The notes under the pieces: model-generated
The model's input: the letters and a program-made list of their open reading frames with translations, nothing else
Told to the model about the DNA's origin: nothing
Database searches by the model: none
Made by a program: the position numbers and the translations under genes
In this document: in pieces, positions 10,128 to 20,000 of the stretch
Layout of the letters: every line of letters starts with the position of its first letter
Position numbering within the stretch: position 1 is the first letter of the stretch
NCBI GenBank assembly: GCA_014905635.1
Contig: JABVCE010000035.1
Coordinates: 294,675-314,674 of the forward strand
Direction of reading: 5' to 3'
Length of the DNA stretch: 20,000 nucleotides
Source: Scenedesmus sp. PABB004
Lineage: Eukaryota

Positions 10128-13100
10128 GCACGTGCTGTGGGCGCTGCTGCAGGCGGACGGCTCGGTGGACACGCCGCTGTCGACGGCCGGCAGCAGGCGG
10201 GACGGGCCCGCCGTGGAGAGCGCAGGGCCAGGCAGCCCCAGGAGCGGGCTGCCCGGGGAGCCGTGGCCCTCGCCCGGGAGTGCGCACGTGCCGCGTGGCT
10301 CCCCCGGAGGCGGTGTGTCCGGCGCGACGCCGGCGGCCACGCCGGCGCTGGCCACGTTTGGCGGCAGCCCCGCCGGCGCGCAGTCTAGCCGGCTTGACGG
10401 CGCCGACGTCAGCCCGGTGCGGCAGCGGCTGTTCGAGCCTGCTGCAGCTCCGCCATCGCCACTCAGCGCCGCGGCTGAGGCGGCGGCTGCGCAGCAGCAG
10501 CAGCCCCCGGCGTCACCGAGGGCAACAGCCAGGGGCGTGACTCTGGAGGACTGGGCGCAGCCGGCGGGCGCGGCGCCGGTGCAGACGCCGAGCAGCGCCG
10601 CGTCGCGGAGGGCTGCGGCGCAGGGCGATGCCCCCGTGCGCTCTGGCAGCACCGTTGGCGCAGGGGCGGGGGGCGTGCTGGCCGCCGCTGTGGCGGCGGC
10701 GGCGGCGGCCTCGCCCAAAGGCGCGGGCGCTGCGGCGGCCGCGGCGGTGCTGGCTGCCAGCCGGGCGGGCTCGGCCCCCGCCAGCCCGCGCGGCGGCGTT
10801 CGGCCGCCCTCGCCCCTGGCGGCGCAGGCGGCCGCGGGGGGCGGCCACTTGGCGGCGGCCGCGGCGCCGAGCGAGAGGGTGCTGGCCGCGCTGCAGGGAC
10901 AGCTGGTGGCGATGGCGGTTGACAAGGTGGTGCTGGAGAAGGAGCTGGAGGTTGGCCGGGTGCAGCTGGACGCGCTGCAGGTCCAGGCTGCAGCGGGCGA
11001 GGAGCTCGGCACGGCGCTGCAGCTGCTGCAGACGGAGCTGGCGGCCACGCAGGCGCGGCTGGCGGAGGCGGGCGCGTGCGCGGCTGACCACGCGGCGCGC
11101 AGCGAGCAGCTGCAGGCCCAGCTGGCCGCGCACGACGCGGAGCAGGGGCAGCTGGCGGCAGCGGCAGTGCACGCCCGCCAAGCGCTGGGCCGCCGCATGC
11201 TGCGCCTGTTCCGTGAAGCTGCGCAGCAGGCGGCGGCAGCGCAGAGTGCCGCTGCCGCAGCGCACGCGCACTGGCAGCAGCACGCACGGCGGCGCGCGCT
11301 GCACGGCTGGTCGGGGGCGGTCGCCGCGTCGCGGCGCGTTCAGGTGCTGCAGCTGCAGTGTCGGCGCCGCCAACTGCGCCGGGGGCTGCAGGCGTGGGTC
11401 GACGCCGCGCGGCTGCGCTGCGAGGCGGCCGCGCAGGCCCGCGCCGCCGACGCGCGTTGGAGGGGCCGCGGGCGCCGGCGCGTGCTCGCGCGCTGGCGCT
11501 TCTTTGCCCAGCAGTCGGCGCAGCTGGGCGTGGACCCGCCGTCGCCGCAGACTTCGGGCGGGAGCTCGGATGCCGAGCTCGGCGCGGGCACGGAGGGCGG
11601 TGGCCTCAACCTCGCTGGCGGCAGCGGCAGCGCTCGCAGCGGTGGCAGCGGCGGCGCCAGCTCTGACGTGCACCTGACTGCGCTGGCAGGCCCCTGCCTG
11701 AGCGAGCCCAGCCCTCCGCCGGCGCGGCCGGGCGCAGCTGCGCGCGCGAGCTCGCGCCGCGGTCAGGCGTCCGACAGCCTGGCGCGCGGTGCGCCGGCCG
11801 CCGAGGGGCCCCACGTGCCGCTGGCGCTGCAGCTGGGCTTCGTGGCGGCCGCCAGGGCACAGCGCCTGCGGCGGCGCTGCCTGCTGGCCAAGGCGTGGCG
11901 ACGCTGGCGGCAGCTGCTGCACGTGCGCGCGGCCGACGAGCGCAGGCTGGCGAGCGCAGGCAGGCTCTGCGAGCGGCGCCGCCAGCGGCGCGCATGGGCG
12001 AGCTGGCGCGCGTTCGTCCAGCGCCGGCGCGACAAGCGCGCACACGGGGGCAGCGGCGAGCACGGCCAGGCGCGTCTGGTGGCGCAGCACCTGCGACTGC
12101 GGCGGCGCGCGCTGCTGAGCCGGTCGCTGCACGCATGGTGCCTGCTGGCGCGGCGGGCCGCCGCCGCGCGCGCCGCTGGCGAGGCCTACGCGGCGCAGCG
12201 GCGGATGCAGCTGGCGCGCCGCGCGCTACGGGCGCTGCAGCGGCACGCAAGCGCGGCAGCGTGCAAGCGGGGCGCGCTGCTGCGTGCCGCCCGCTTCTTC
12301 TCCGCCCAGCGGCTCCGGCGCTACTGGGCGGCGTGGCAGGCCAGCGTGGCGGAGACGCGCGCGGGCGCGGCGGCGTGCGTGCAGGCATCGCAGCAGCTGG
12401 CTGGACGCGCGGTGCTGCGCTGGCGAGCGGTTTCGGCCGCCGCCACGGTCGCGGCGTGCCGGGAGCGCAGGCTGCAGCGACTGGCGGCGCGCCGGGAGCT
12501 CGGCTTGGCGACTCGCGCGCTGGCCACATGGCGCTGCGCTGCGCTGCAGGCGGCCAGGGCGGCAGCGGCGGGCGCGCCGCAGCAGCTGGCACCGCCGCAG
12601 CAGGTGCCGCAGCAGCAGCAGGCCGGCGTGCAGCCTGCGCAGGAGACCGCCGACCTGCGCGAGGCGCTCGCGGCGGCGCAGCAGCAGTCGGCGGAGGCGC
12701 TGGCCGGCAAGGCGCTGCTTGAGGAGGTGCTGTCGCAGCAGACGGAGGCGCTGCACCAGCAGGCGGCGGCGCAGCAGGTGGCAGCGGTGGCGGCGGCGGC
12801 GGCCGCCGCGCAGCAGGAGGCCGCGGCCGCGGCCGCGGCGGAGCAGCTCGCGCAGGCGACCGCCGCGGCCGACGAAGCGGCGCAGCAGCTGGCACAGCTG
12901 CAGGCGGCGCGGGCGGGGGACGTGCGGGACGCGGCGCTGGCGTGGCAGGCGGCGGACGCAGCGCTCGAGGCGGAGCGGCGGGCGCTCGCGCGCGCAGAGG
13001 AGCGCGAGCGCGAGGCCGTGGCGGCGCTGGCGGCCTGCAAGGCGCAGGCCAAGGAGCTGGCGGGCCAGCTGCGGCGCTGCAGCGAGGCGCTCACGCAGCA

Positions 13101-13883
13101 CGTGGACGCGGGCGCGGCGCTGCGCGACGAGCTCGCCGCGGCGCAGCGCGAGCTCGCCGCGGCGCGGCGCGGCGCGCTCGAGCAGCACCAGGGCGCCGCG
13201 CAGCGCGCGGCCGCGGCCGACAGCGCGCGGCTGCGCGCGCAGCAGGCGCTGCACGCGGAGCGCGCCGCGGGCCTGCAGCTGCAGTCCCGCCTGGCGGCGG
13301 CGCAGCGCGAGCTGGCGGAGCGGGCGGCGGCGGCGCGCGAGGCCGAGGACGCGCGGCGCGCCGAGGTGAGCGGCCTGGCCGAGCAGCTCGCCTGCCGCGA
13401 CGCGGAGCTCGTGGCGCTGCAGGCGCAGCTGGCCAGCCAGGCGGCCAAGGTGCGGGAGGGCTGGAGCCAGGCCCGTGCGGTGATCAAGGCGCAGCGGCGG
13501 ACCATCCGGCGGCTCGGCGGCGACGGCGACGCGGCGGGCGGCGGCGCAGCCGCGGCCGGGGCGAGCCGTGGGGCGATGCGCGGAGCTGCCCCATCACCAG
13601 CTGGGTGCGTGATGCCTGGGGCAGCGCCGGCGGCGTGGACGAGGCGCCAGCCGCCGCCGCCGCCACCGCGTGGCCAGCGGGCGACTGCCCCGCGGGCTGC
13701 GGCGACGAGGCCGCGCGGCGCGGCGACCAGCGCAAGGCTGCTGCCGCGGCTGCGGCTGCGCCCGCCACGGAGCAGAAGCAGCCGGGGCGCGCGGCGGGGA
13801 GCGATATGCTGCTGACTGATGCGGCGGCGCTGCTGCGCTGCTCTGATGACGTGCTGCGTGGCGTGCTGGGCCGCGTCGACTGA
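7351..13883 (+). CDS. Large LRR (SDS22/U2A'-like with LRRcap) + Sfi1-like Trp repeats + coiled-coil protein, putatively centriolar. Exons about 7351-7771, 7950-8333, 8433-8567, 8681-8853, 8964-13883, with apparent frameshifts near 7531 and 13560
   Basis: LRRs [26 protein letters not shown] and [11 protein letters not shown]. LRRcap [18 protein letters not shown]. An exon of about 4.9 kb carries poly-Q, repeated L/WxxW motifs and heptad-rich Ala/Glu/Gln helices. The literal ORF stops at 13815, but the more protein-like C-terminus is in the frame ending at 13883. Confidence 0.75.
9622..9702 (+). repeat. (CAG)27 coding poly-Gln tract
   Basis: Pure CAG run, read directly. Confidence 0.92.
10081..10125 (+). 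repeat. (CAG)15 coding poly-Gln tract
   Basis: Pure CAG run, read directly. Confidence 0.92.
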
Positions 13884-13966
13884 GCGAGAGCTGCGGGCGC
13901 GGCTCCGCCTGTGACTCCAAACACAGCGCGCGGCCGGGCCGTCCGTCACACTGCTGGGCAGCTCGC

Positions 13967-16418
13967 TCACGCCTTGCCCGGCTTTCGCTTGCCCGGTGAC
14001 TTGCCGCCGCTGCCGCCGCCCTTGGCTGCCTTCTGCGCCGCGACCTTCTTCCTCAGGCGACCGGGCAGCGCCTTGCGCCGGCCCGTCTTCGCCGCCAGCC
14101 GCGACGCAAAGCCGCGGCCGCCGCCGTCGTCGCTGTCGGTGCTGCTGCCGCCGCCCGGCGCCGCGCCGGCACCGCCGCCGCCGCCGTCGTCGTCCGACGC
14201 GTCCGACGCGTCGGCAAACGCGCCGCGCCGCCGCGCCAGCCCGGGGAGCGGCGGCAGCTTGGGCTTGGCCGCGGGCTTGGCCGCCGCCTGCGCCGTCTGC
14301 TGCTTCTTCTTCGCCGCCGCGGGCGGCACCGCGGGCGCCGCCGCGGGCGCGCGTGCTGCGTCGCGGTAGTACCCTTGGCCCCTGCTGCCGCGCGTGAACA
14401 CCATGCCGGGCCGGGGCCCCGCCCAGCGCGGCGCGGGGAGGAACTCCGTCGCGGCGGCGGCTGCGCCGCCGCCGCCCCGCCGCCGCCGGCCGCCGTCGAC
14501 GCGGCGTGCGGGACGAGCAGCGCGTCGCCCGGCCGCGCCTTGGACGCGCGCGCCTTCTTCTTGGCCGGGCCGCCGCCGGTGAGCGCGAGCGCGAGCTCCA
14601 GCTGCCCCTCGAGGGCGGCGCCGTGCGGCGCCGTGCGCTTGCCCGGCTTCGCCTGGCCCTCGCGCGTCCGCGCCAGCAGGCCCTCGTGCAGGTCCTCCGG
14701 CACAGCGGCGGCGCGGTCGCCGCCGTCGCCGCCGCCGGCGGCGGCCGCGGCCGCCTCCTCCTCGTCGCTGTCGGCGGCGCCGCGGGCGGCGTCCGGCAGG
14801 GCCTTGCCCGCCGCCGCGAGCGCCGCCTCGGCCTGCGCCCACGCCTGCGCGAGCGCGTGGAGGTTGGGGTCCACCGCCTGGCCGTGCGCCTCGAGCAGCG
14901 ACACGAGCGGGCCCGCGAGCCGCGCCTGCGCCCAGCGGCGTCGGCGGCGGTGAGCGGCGGCGGTGAGCGTATGCGGCGCGCCGCCCCGCCGCGCCACCGC
15001 CCGCAGCGCCTGCTCTGCGGGCCGCCCGCCCGCTCCGCCGCCGCGCCGCCACCGCGTGCGCGCACCAGGGGGCGCGTGAAGAAGGAGAATGCGTGCCCCG
15101 CCGCCGCGAGGCGGCCGGTGCGGCCGACGCGGTGCACGTAGGTCTCGAGGTTGCTGGGCAGGTCGTAGTTCACGACGTACGGCAGGCCCCGGATGTCGAG
15201 GCCGCGCCCCGCGACGTCCGACGCGACGAGCACCTGGCGGCCGCGGGCGCGGGCCGCCGCGGGGCGCCGCGGGCGCCGCAGGGTGCGGCGTGGCGAGGTC
15301 GGCCGGTCAGTTGCGTGGGCGAGAGGGCTCGGCCGGGAGCGGCACAGAGTGAGGGAGAGAGGGAGAGAGAGGGACGGACAAAAGGGAGAATGCCCGGTGC
15401 GAAAACAACCCGCCGCACACGGGGGAGGTGCGGCGCGTCCAGGAGCGCCGGCCGCGCGCGGGTGCTGTGCGGGGGCGCCGCGCGCCCGGCGTGCCGGCTG
15501 GCAGTACGGCAGCCGGGCGGCTAGTGTGGGCGCGGCCCCGCCGGCGCGTGCGCGCGCGCGCGCCGCGCGCTGCGTGCCCCCGGCCGCCGCCGCGCCGCGC
15601 CCTGTGGCACCGCACCCGCCCGCGCACCTGCGCCTTGCCGGCTTTGAAGTCCGCCACCGCCGCTTCGCGCTCCGCCTGGGTGCGCTTGCCGTGCAGCGCG
15701 ACCGCGCGGTAGCCCTCCGCCACGAGCGTGCGGTGCACAAACGCCACGGTCTGGCGCGCGGCGCCGCGGCGGGCGGTGAGGCGGGCGGTGCGGCGGCGGT
15801 CGCGCCAGCCCGCGCGCGCGCCCGCGCCGGAGCGGCCCCCACCCTCCGCGCGCGCCGCGGGCCCTGCCACGCCGCGGCGCGGCCGGCGCGGCGCGCGGCG
15901 TCGGGCGCGCGGCGGCGTGCCGCCGCACCTTGATACGGTTGGCAAAGACCATCACGCGAGGCGGGTTGCGCAGGCCCGCTGCCGCGGCCTTGATGGACGC
16001 GAGGTGCTTCAGCAGCTTGGCCGGCTTCTTGTGCTCCGCGCACACGTGCACCACCTGCCAACCAGCCGGCCGGGCGGCGGGGCGGCGGGGCGCGTTGGCG
16101 CCGCGCGTCGGCAATCGGCGGCGCGCAGCAGCACGGGCGCGGCGGCGCGGACGCGGCGGAGCCCGGCGGGCGGGCCGCCCACCTGCGTGACGCTGCGGCT
16201 GATGGCGTCCGCGCCGCCCGCCGCGCGCACGCGCGCCGCGCCCGGCGCGAGCCACGCCGCCGCGGTCGCCAGCACCGCGTCCGGCAGCGTCGCCGTGAAC
16301 AGCAGCACCTGCGGCCGCGGCGCGCCGCCGGCGCCGCCGCCGCCGCCGCCAGCAGCCTCGTCCGTGCTGCTGCGCGGCTGCTGCTTGTTGTCCTTGGCCC
16401 CCTTCTTCTTCTTCTTGC

Positions 16419-16464
<46 letters not shown>

Positions 16465-17533
16465 GCTGCCGCCGGCGGCACGCCTGGCCGCGGCGCGGCC
16501 GTTCAGCAGCAGGCGCTTGAGGATGGCGAGCTGCGGCTCAAAGCCGACCGAGAGCATCTTGTCGGCCTCGTCGAGCACCACGCAGCGCACAGCGCCCAGG
16601 CCCACCTCGCCGCCCTGCACCAGGTCCAGCAGCCGGCCGGGCGTGGCCACGACGACGCGCGGGCGGCGCGCCGCGAGCGCCGCCGCCTGCGCGCCGCGGT
16701 CGGCGCCGCCCGTGACGGCCGCGGCGGCCGCGCCCGACACCGCCGCGAGCGCGGCGGCCTGCGCCGCGACCTGCTGCGCGAGCTCGCGCGACGGCACGAG
16801 CACCAGCACGCGCGGCGCCACCGCGCCGCCGCCGTCCGCCGCGTCGCCGCCGTCGCCGCCGTCGTCGCCGGCCGCGTGGCGCGCGAGGGCGGGCAGCAGG
16901 TAAGCGAGCGTCTTGCCGCTGCCCGGCTCCGCGACGCCCTGCAGGTCACGGCCCGCGCACGCGTGCGGCCACGCCGCGCCCTGGATCGGCGTCGGCTCGG
17001 CGTGCCCCAGCCGCGCCATGCAGCGCGCGAGCAGCGGGGGCAGGCTCGCCGCGAGCGCCGCGAGCGCCGGCGCCGCCGCGACGGTCTCATCGAGCGCCTG
17101 GTGCGCCGCGGCGCGGCGCGCCGACGACGCCGCGCCCGCGCGCGCCGCGCTCTCCTTGGCCGCCGCCGAGGGGTCCAGCAGGCGCACGCCTGCGCCGGCA
17201 CGGGCACGCGCAGACGGCAGGCGGCGGCGGCGGCGCTCGGCAGGCGGACGACGGCGGCGGACGACGGCGGCAGAAGGTGCCGCCTGTGGCGGCCGTCGTC
17301 GCGCACCTGTGGAGAGCTTGGGCTTCTGCTGCTTCTCCTTGGCCGGCTGCTTGGGCTGCTGCTTGGCCGGCTGCTTCGGCGCCGCCGGCTCGGGCTGCTG
17401 CTGCGGCAGCTTTGCCAGCTGCTCCTCCACGTCCGAGTCGTAGCCGGACTGAGCGGCGGGCGCGGCAGCAGGCGCGGGCGCGCGGCGCGCCGCGTCAGCG
17501 CCCGCCCCTCGGCCGCGCGCGGCGGCGGCAGCT

Positions 17534-17568
<35 letters not shown>

Positions 17569-17932
17569 GGCGCGCGGCGCGGCGCGGCGCGTGGCGCGGC
17601 GCGGCGCCCGCGCGCACCGCCGCCATGCCGCCCCAGCCGCCCTCGGCCTCGCCGGCCTCCCAGGTGCCGTCCCAGTCGCGGTCCTCGTCGGTCAGCGCCG
17701 GCGGCTTGTAGCACAGGCTCCGCGCGATGCGCAGCGGCACGGCGTTGTTCTTCTTGCGCTTGCGCTTGGCCGCGTCGCCGCCGGCCGCGTCGTCGCCGGG
17801 CTCGGCAAAGTCGACCGCGTCGTCCGCGCCGCCGCGCCGCCGCTTCTTGTGGCGCGGCCCGCCCTCCGCGTCGCGGCCGAGGCGCTTGCGGTGCTTCTTC
17901 GCGGCCTTGCGGGCGATGTAGTCCTGCCCCAT
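13967..17932 (-). CDS. DEAD-box RNA helicase, probably nucleolar. Exons 17932-17618, 17448-17307, 17189-16183, 16054-15929, 15750-15628, 15233-15066, 14925-13967, with an apparent frameshift near 14476
   Basis: Q motif GHAEPTPIQ, motif I AEPGSGKT, Ia PSRELAQQ, Ib [54 protein letters not shown]. Both termini are Lys/Arg-rich. Six GT-AG introns with consistent phase. Confidence 0.95.
15346..15390 (-). repeat. CT-rich polypyrimidine tract in helicase intron 5 (GA-rich on +)
   Basis: agagtgagggagagagggagagagagggacggacaaaagggagaa on +. On the sense strand it lies upstream of the branch-like AACTGAC. Confidence 0.7.
16420..16461 (-). repeat. (CAG)14 poly-Gln insert in the helicase core
   Basis: (CTG)14 on +, located between motifs II and III. 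Confidence 0.9.
17534..17566 (+). repeat. G33 homopolymer in helicase intron 1
   Basis: 33 consecutive G, read directly. Confidence 0.95.
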
Positions 17933-18750
17933 GGCGCCGCGGCGGCCCGCCGCTGCTGCCGCGCGCGCCGCGCGGCTGCCGGCGCGCGCCGCGGGCCGGG
18001 AGCGGGCGCAGTGGGTGGCAGGCGGCGAGCGCGCTGCCGGGAGAGCGGCCGGCGAGCGAGCAGGGCGCGGCGCGCGTGGGCGGCGGCTGCGGGCGGCGGC
18101 GCGCGGCGGCGGCCGGGCCGGGCCGGCTGCTGCTGGGGGCGCGGCCCCGCGCGGGTCGCGGGTGCGGATGCGTGGAGTGGCGGCGCACGCGGAGGCGAGG
18201 CTGCGGCGAGCGGCAGCAGCGGCGCGCTGGGCCCTGCGCCGCCGCCGGCACGCCGATGCCCTGCTTCCTGCTCGCCGCCCGGGCGCACCGCACTCTGCTG
18301 CGTGAGATCTCGCGTGGAGACCGTCGCCGCCATCGCAGGCGCCGCGAGCTGAGCAGCAGCCGCGCTCGGCGGCAGGCGAGGCCGGGCGGCACAGGTGCGG
18401 GGCGTGGGGATGCTCGCGGCGAGCAGCGACGCCAGCGCGAGCGAATGCGCGATCCGGGGCACGCCCCCGGCCGCAGCAGAGATGGCCAGCGGGGGCCGCG
18501 CCTGCCCGCGCCGAGCGCGGCTCATTGGGGCGCCGCAGCGCGGCCAGGCGTGGCGCGCCGCGGTCAGGCCCGGCAGCGCTGCCGGGCCCGTGCCGGCGGC
18601 GCCTGGCCAGCGGGCGGCGGCGCCGCGGCTGCCGGCGCTGCTGCTGCCCGCTGCGCGGGCGGCGGCCGGCCGCGTCCGCCTCTCTCGCGCCCTCACGCCC
18701 GCGCCTGCCGCGCTCCGCAGGCGGGAGCAGCAGCGGGCGGCGGCGCCGCG

Positions 18751-20000
18751 ATGCCGCTGCTGCCGTGGGACTCGCTGTTCCTGGCCGGCTTTGCCTACAG
18801 CGGCTATCGCACGCTCGGGCGGTGGCTGAAGTACACCGGCGACACCGCCAAGGCCCAGTCCGGTGCGGGGACGGCAGCGCGGCGCGGCCGCGGCAGCCGC
18901 GCGGCGCGACCGCGGCGGCGGCGGCGCGGCGGCGGCGGCGCGGCGGCGGCGAGGGCGCCGGCGACGCCGGCGCGCCCGCCGCTCGCGCCCGCCGCCGCGT
19001 CAGATGCCGGGTACCTGGAGGGCTTCACCGAGTGGCTGGCCGAGGCGGCGACCGCGGGCGAGCGCGGCCGCGCCGGCCCCGGCAAGGGCGCCGACGCGAG
19101 CGGCAGGCGCACCTCTGGCGCGACTGGGCGGGGCTGAAGACCAAGCAGCGCATCGCGCTGGTCACCGAGATGCAGAAGGTGGGTGCCGCCCTGCGCCCCA
19201 CGCGCGCGGGCGGGGGGCGCCCAGCCGCTGCGCCGCCGCAGCGCCGCGCGCCGGGCGCCGGCGGCCGCAGCAGAGCTAGCAGCGCCGCCGCCGACTCCCG
19301 CCGCGTCCCCCGCGTCCGCCGCGGCGCCCACAGGTGCTGGAGTGGACGGGGCAGGACGAGGCGCTCCGCCTGGTCAAGAAGCACCGCGGCAAGCCTGGGC
19401 GTCGCTGCCGCACGGCGCGAAGAAGGCGCTGCTCGTCGCGGCGGACCAGCTCGACTGGAGCTTCGTGTCGGACATGGTCGCGGTGAGCGGAGCGGACGGC
19501 GCGCGCTGCGTCCGCTGCCAGCTGCTGGCGGGGGCTCGGCGCCGCGCGCGGCACCGCGGCGGGCTGGAGGATGGCTTACAAATTGCAATAATCCGAACTC
19601 ACGCGGGTGGACTGTATTCGTACGCTGACAGCCCGCCGCCGCGCTCCCGCTGCGCGGCGGGCCTGCGCGTGCGCGCGCTGCTGCGCTGCTCACGCGCCCG
19701 CCCGCGCGCCGCGCGCGCCGCCGCGCCGCGCGCCCGCAGGAGGGCGGCGCCGCAGCGCGCGCCGCGTGCCTGTGGCAGGTGAACGAGCCCGTCCTGCCCT
19801 GTCGGCTGAGCCGAGCCTCGCCGAGCTCCTGCTCGAGGAGTGCGCGACCTGCAGTCACTGACGGCGAGCGGGACCACCGCGGCGAGCGCGCTGCTCGCGG
19901 GGCAGCAGGCCGCGGTCATCGCGGCGCTCGCGCCGGCGCAGCGCCTCGGCGTGCTCGAGGCGCGGCGCAAGCTGGAGCTGCTGCGCGAGGCGGCGCAGGG
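18751..20000 (+). CDS. Uncharacterised protein and snoRNA host gene (3' partial). Exons 18751-18862, 19004-19178, 19334-19482, 19779-beyond end; probable 5' UTR intron 18395-18720
   Basis: Clear splice sites (TCCG|gtgcgg, AAG|gtgggt, GCG|gtgagc, ggcag|GTG). A coherent protein MPLLPWDSLFLAGFAYSGYRTLGRWLKY...AHLWRDWAGLKTKQRIALVTEMQKVLEW...DWSFVSDMVAVNEPVL... needs four single-G restorations. No family recognised. Confidence 0.7.
19556..19639 (+). ncRNA. Intronic dual-guide box C/D snoRNA
   Basis: Perfect 11-bp terminal stem (19556-19566 with 19629-19639), C-like box AGGATGG 19568-19574, D' CCGA 19593-19596 and D CTGA 19625-19628. Both guides are complementary to conserved rRNA segments recalled from memory. 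Confidence 0.85.

Noticed and set aside
15234..15627. Long helicase intron as a second snoRNA or transposon
   Set aside because: No C/D boxes with a closing stem, H/ACA layout, terminal inverted repeats or target-site duplication seen. It contains only a CT-rich tract.
12321..16481. 1386-aa minus-strand ORF and the many other long Arg/Ala/Pro-rich ORFs
   Set aside because: Stops are rare at this GC content. The ORF passes through introns and contains only one true helicase exon, and the rest is shadow frame.
18256..18394. Upstream ATG as a first coding exon of the last gene
   Set aside because: Splicing 18394 to 18721 puts it out of frame with ATG 18751, and the peptide is not protein-like.
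19576..19580. TTACA (minus-strand TGTAA) as a poly(A) signal
   Set aside because: No minus-strand gene is seen to end here, and the motif lies inside the snoRNA.
19522..19619. Possible coding exon LLAGARRR...LQIAIIRTHAGGLYS
   Set aside because: It would need a 39-nt intron and uses AT-rich codons atypical of this genome. The snoRNA structure explains the segment better.
1..20000. CRISPR array, prokaryotic operon or defence system, transposase
   Set aside because: The DNA is spliceosomal-intron eukaryotic sequence. The repeats are microsatellites without spacers, and no transposase or reverse transcriptase motifs were seen.

Overview
Very GC-rich (roughly 80% by eye), intron-rich eukaryotic nuclear DNA. 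It has the style of a chlorophyte green alga, with GTGCG/GTGAG and GCGCG donors, CGCAG acceptors and a TGTAA poly(A) signal; a Sphaeropleales/Selenastraceae-like origin is an inference. Splicing by hand gives seven closely packed genes: the last exon of an unknown helical protein (+), an aquaporin/MIP (+), a secreted double-fasciclin protein (+), the Golgi Qb-SNARE membrin (-), a large LRR + Sfi1-like-repeat + coiled-coil protein (+), a DEAD-box RNA helicase (-), and an unknown gene running off the right end (+). Most ORF-track entries are GC-driven shadow ORFs. Best findings: a dual-guide box C/D snoRNA in an intron at 19556-19639; 7 of 30 inferred introns use GC donors; seven apparent 1-nt frameshifts, six fixed by restoring one G (probably consensus errors); a 45-bp duplication of a splice acceptor; an RRLL-delimited tail ending in CxxC on the fasciclin protein; and an LRR fused to 33-residue Sfi1-type repeats.
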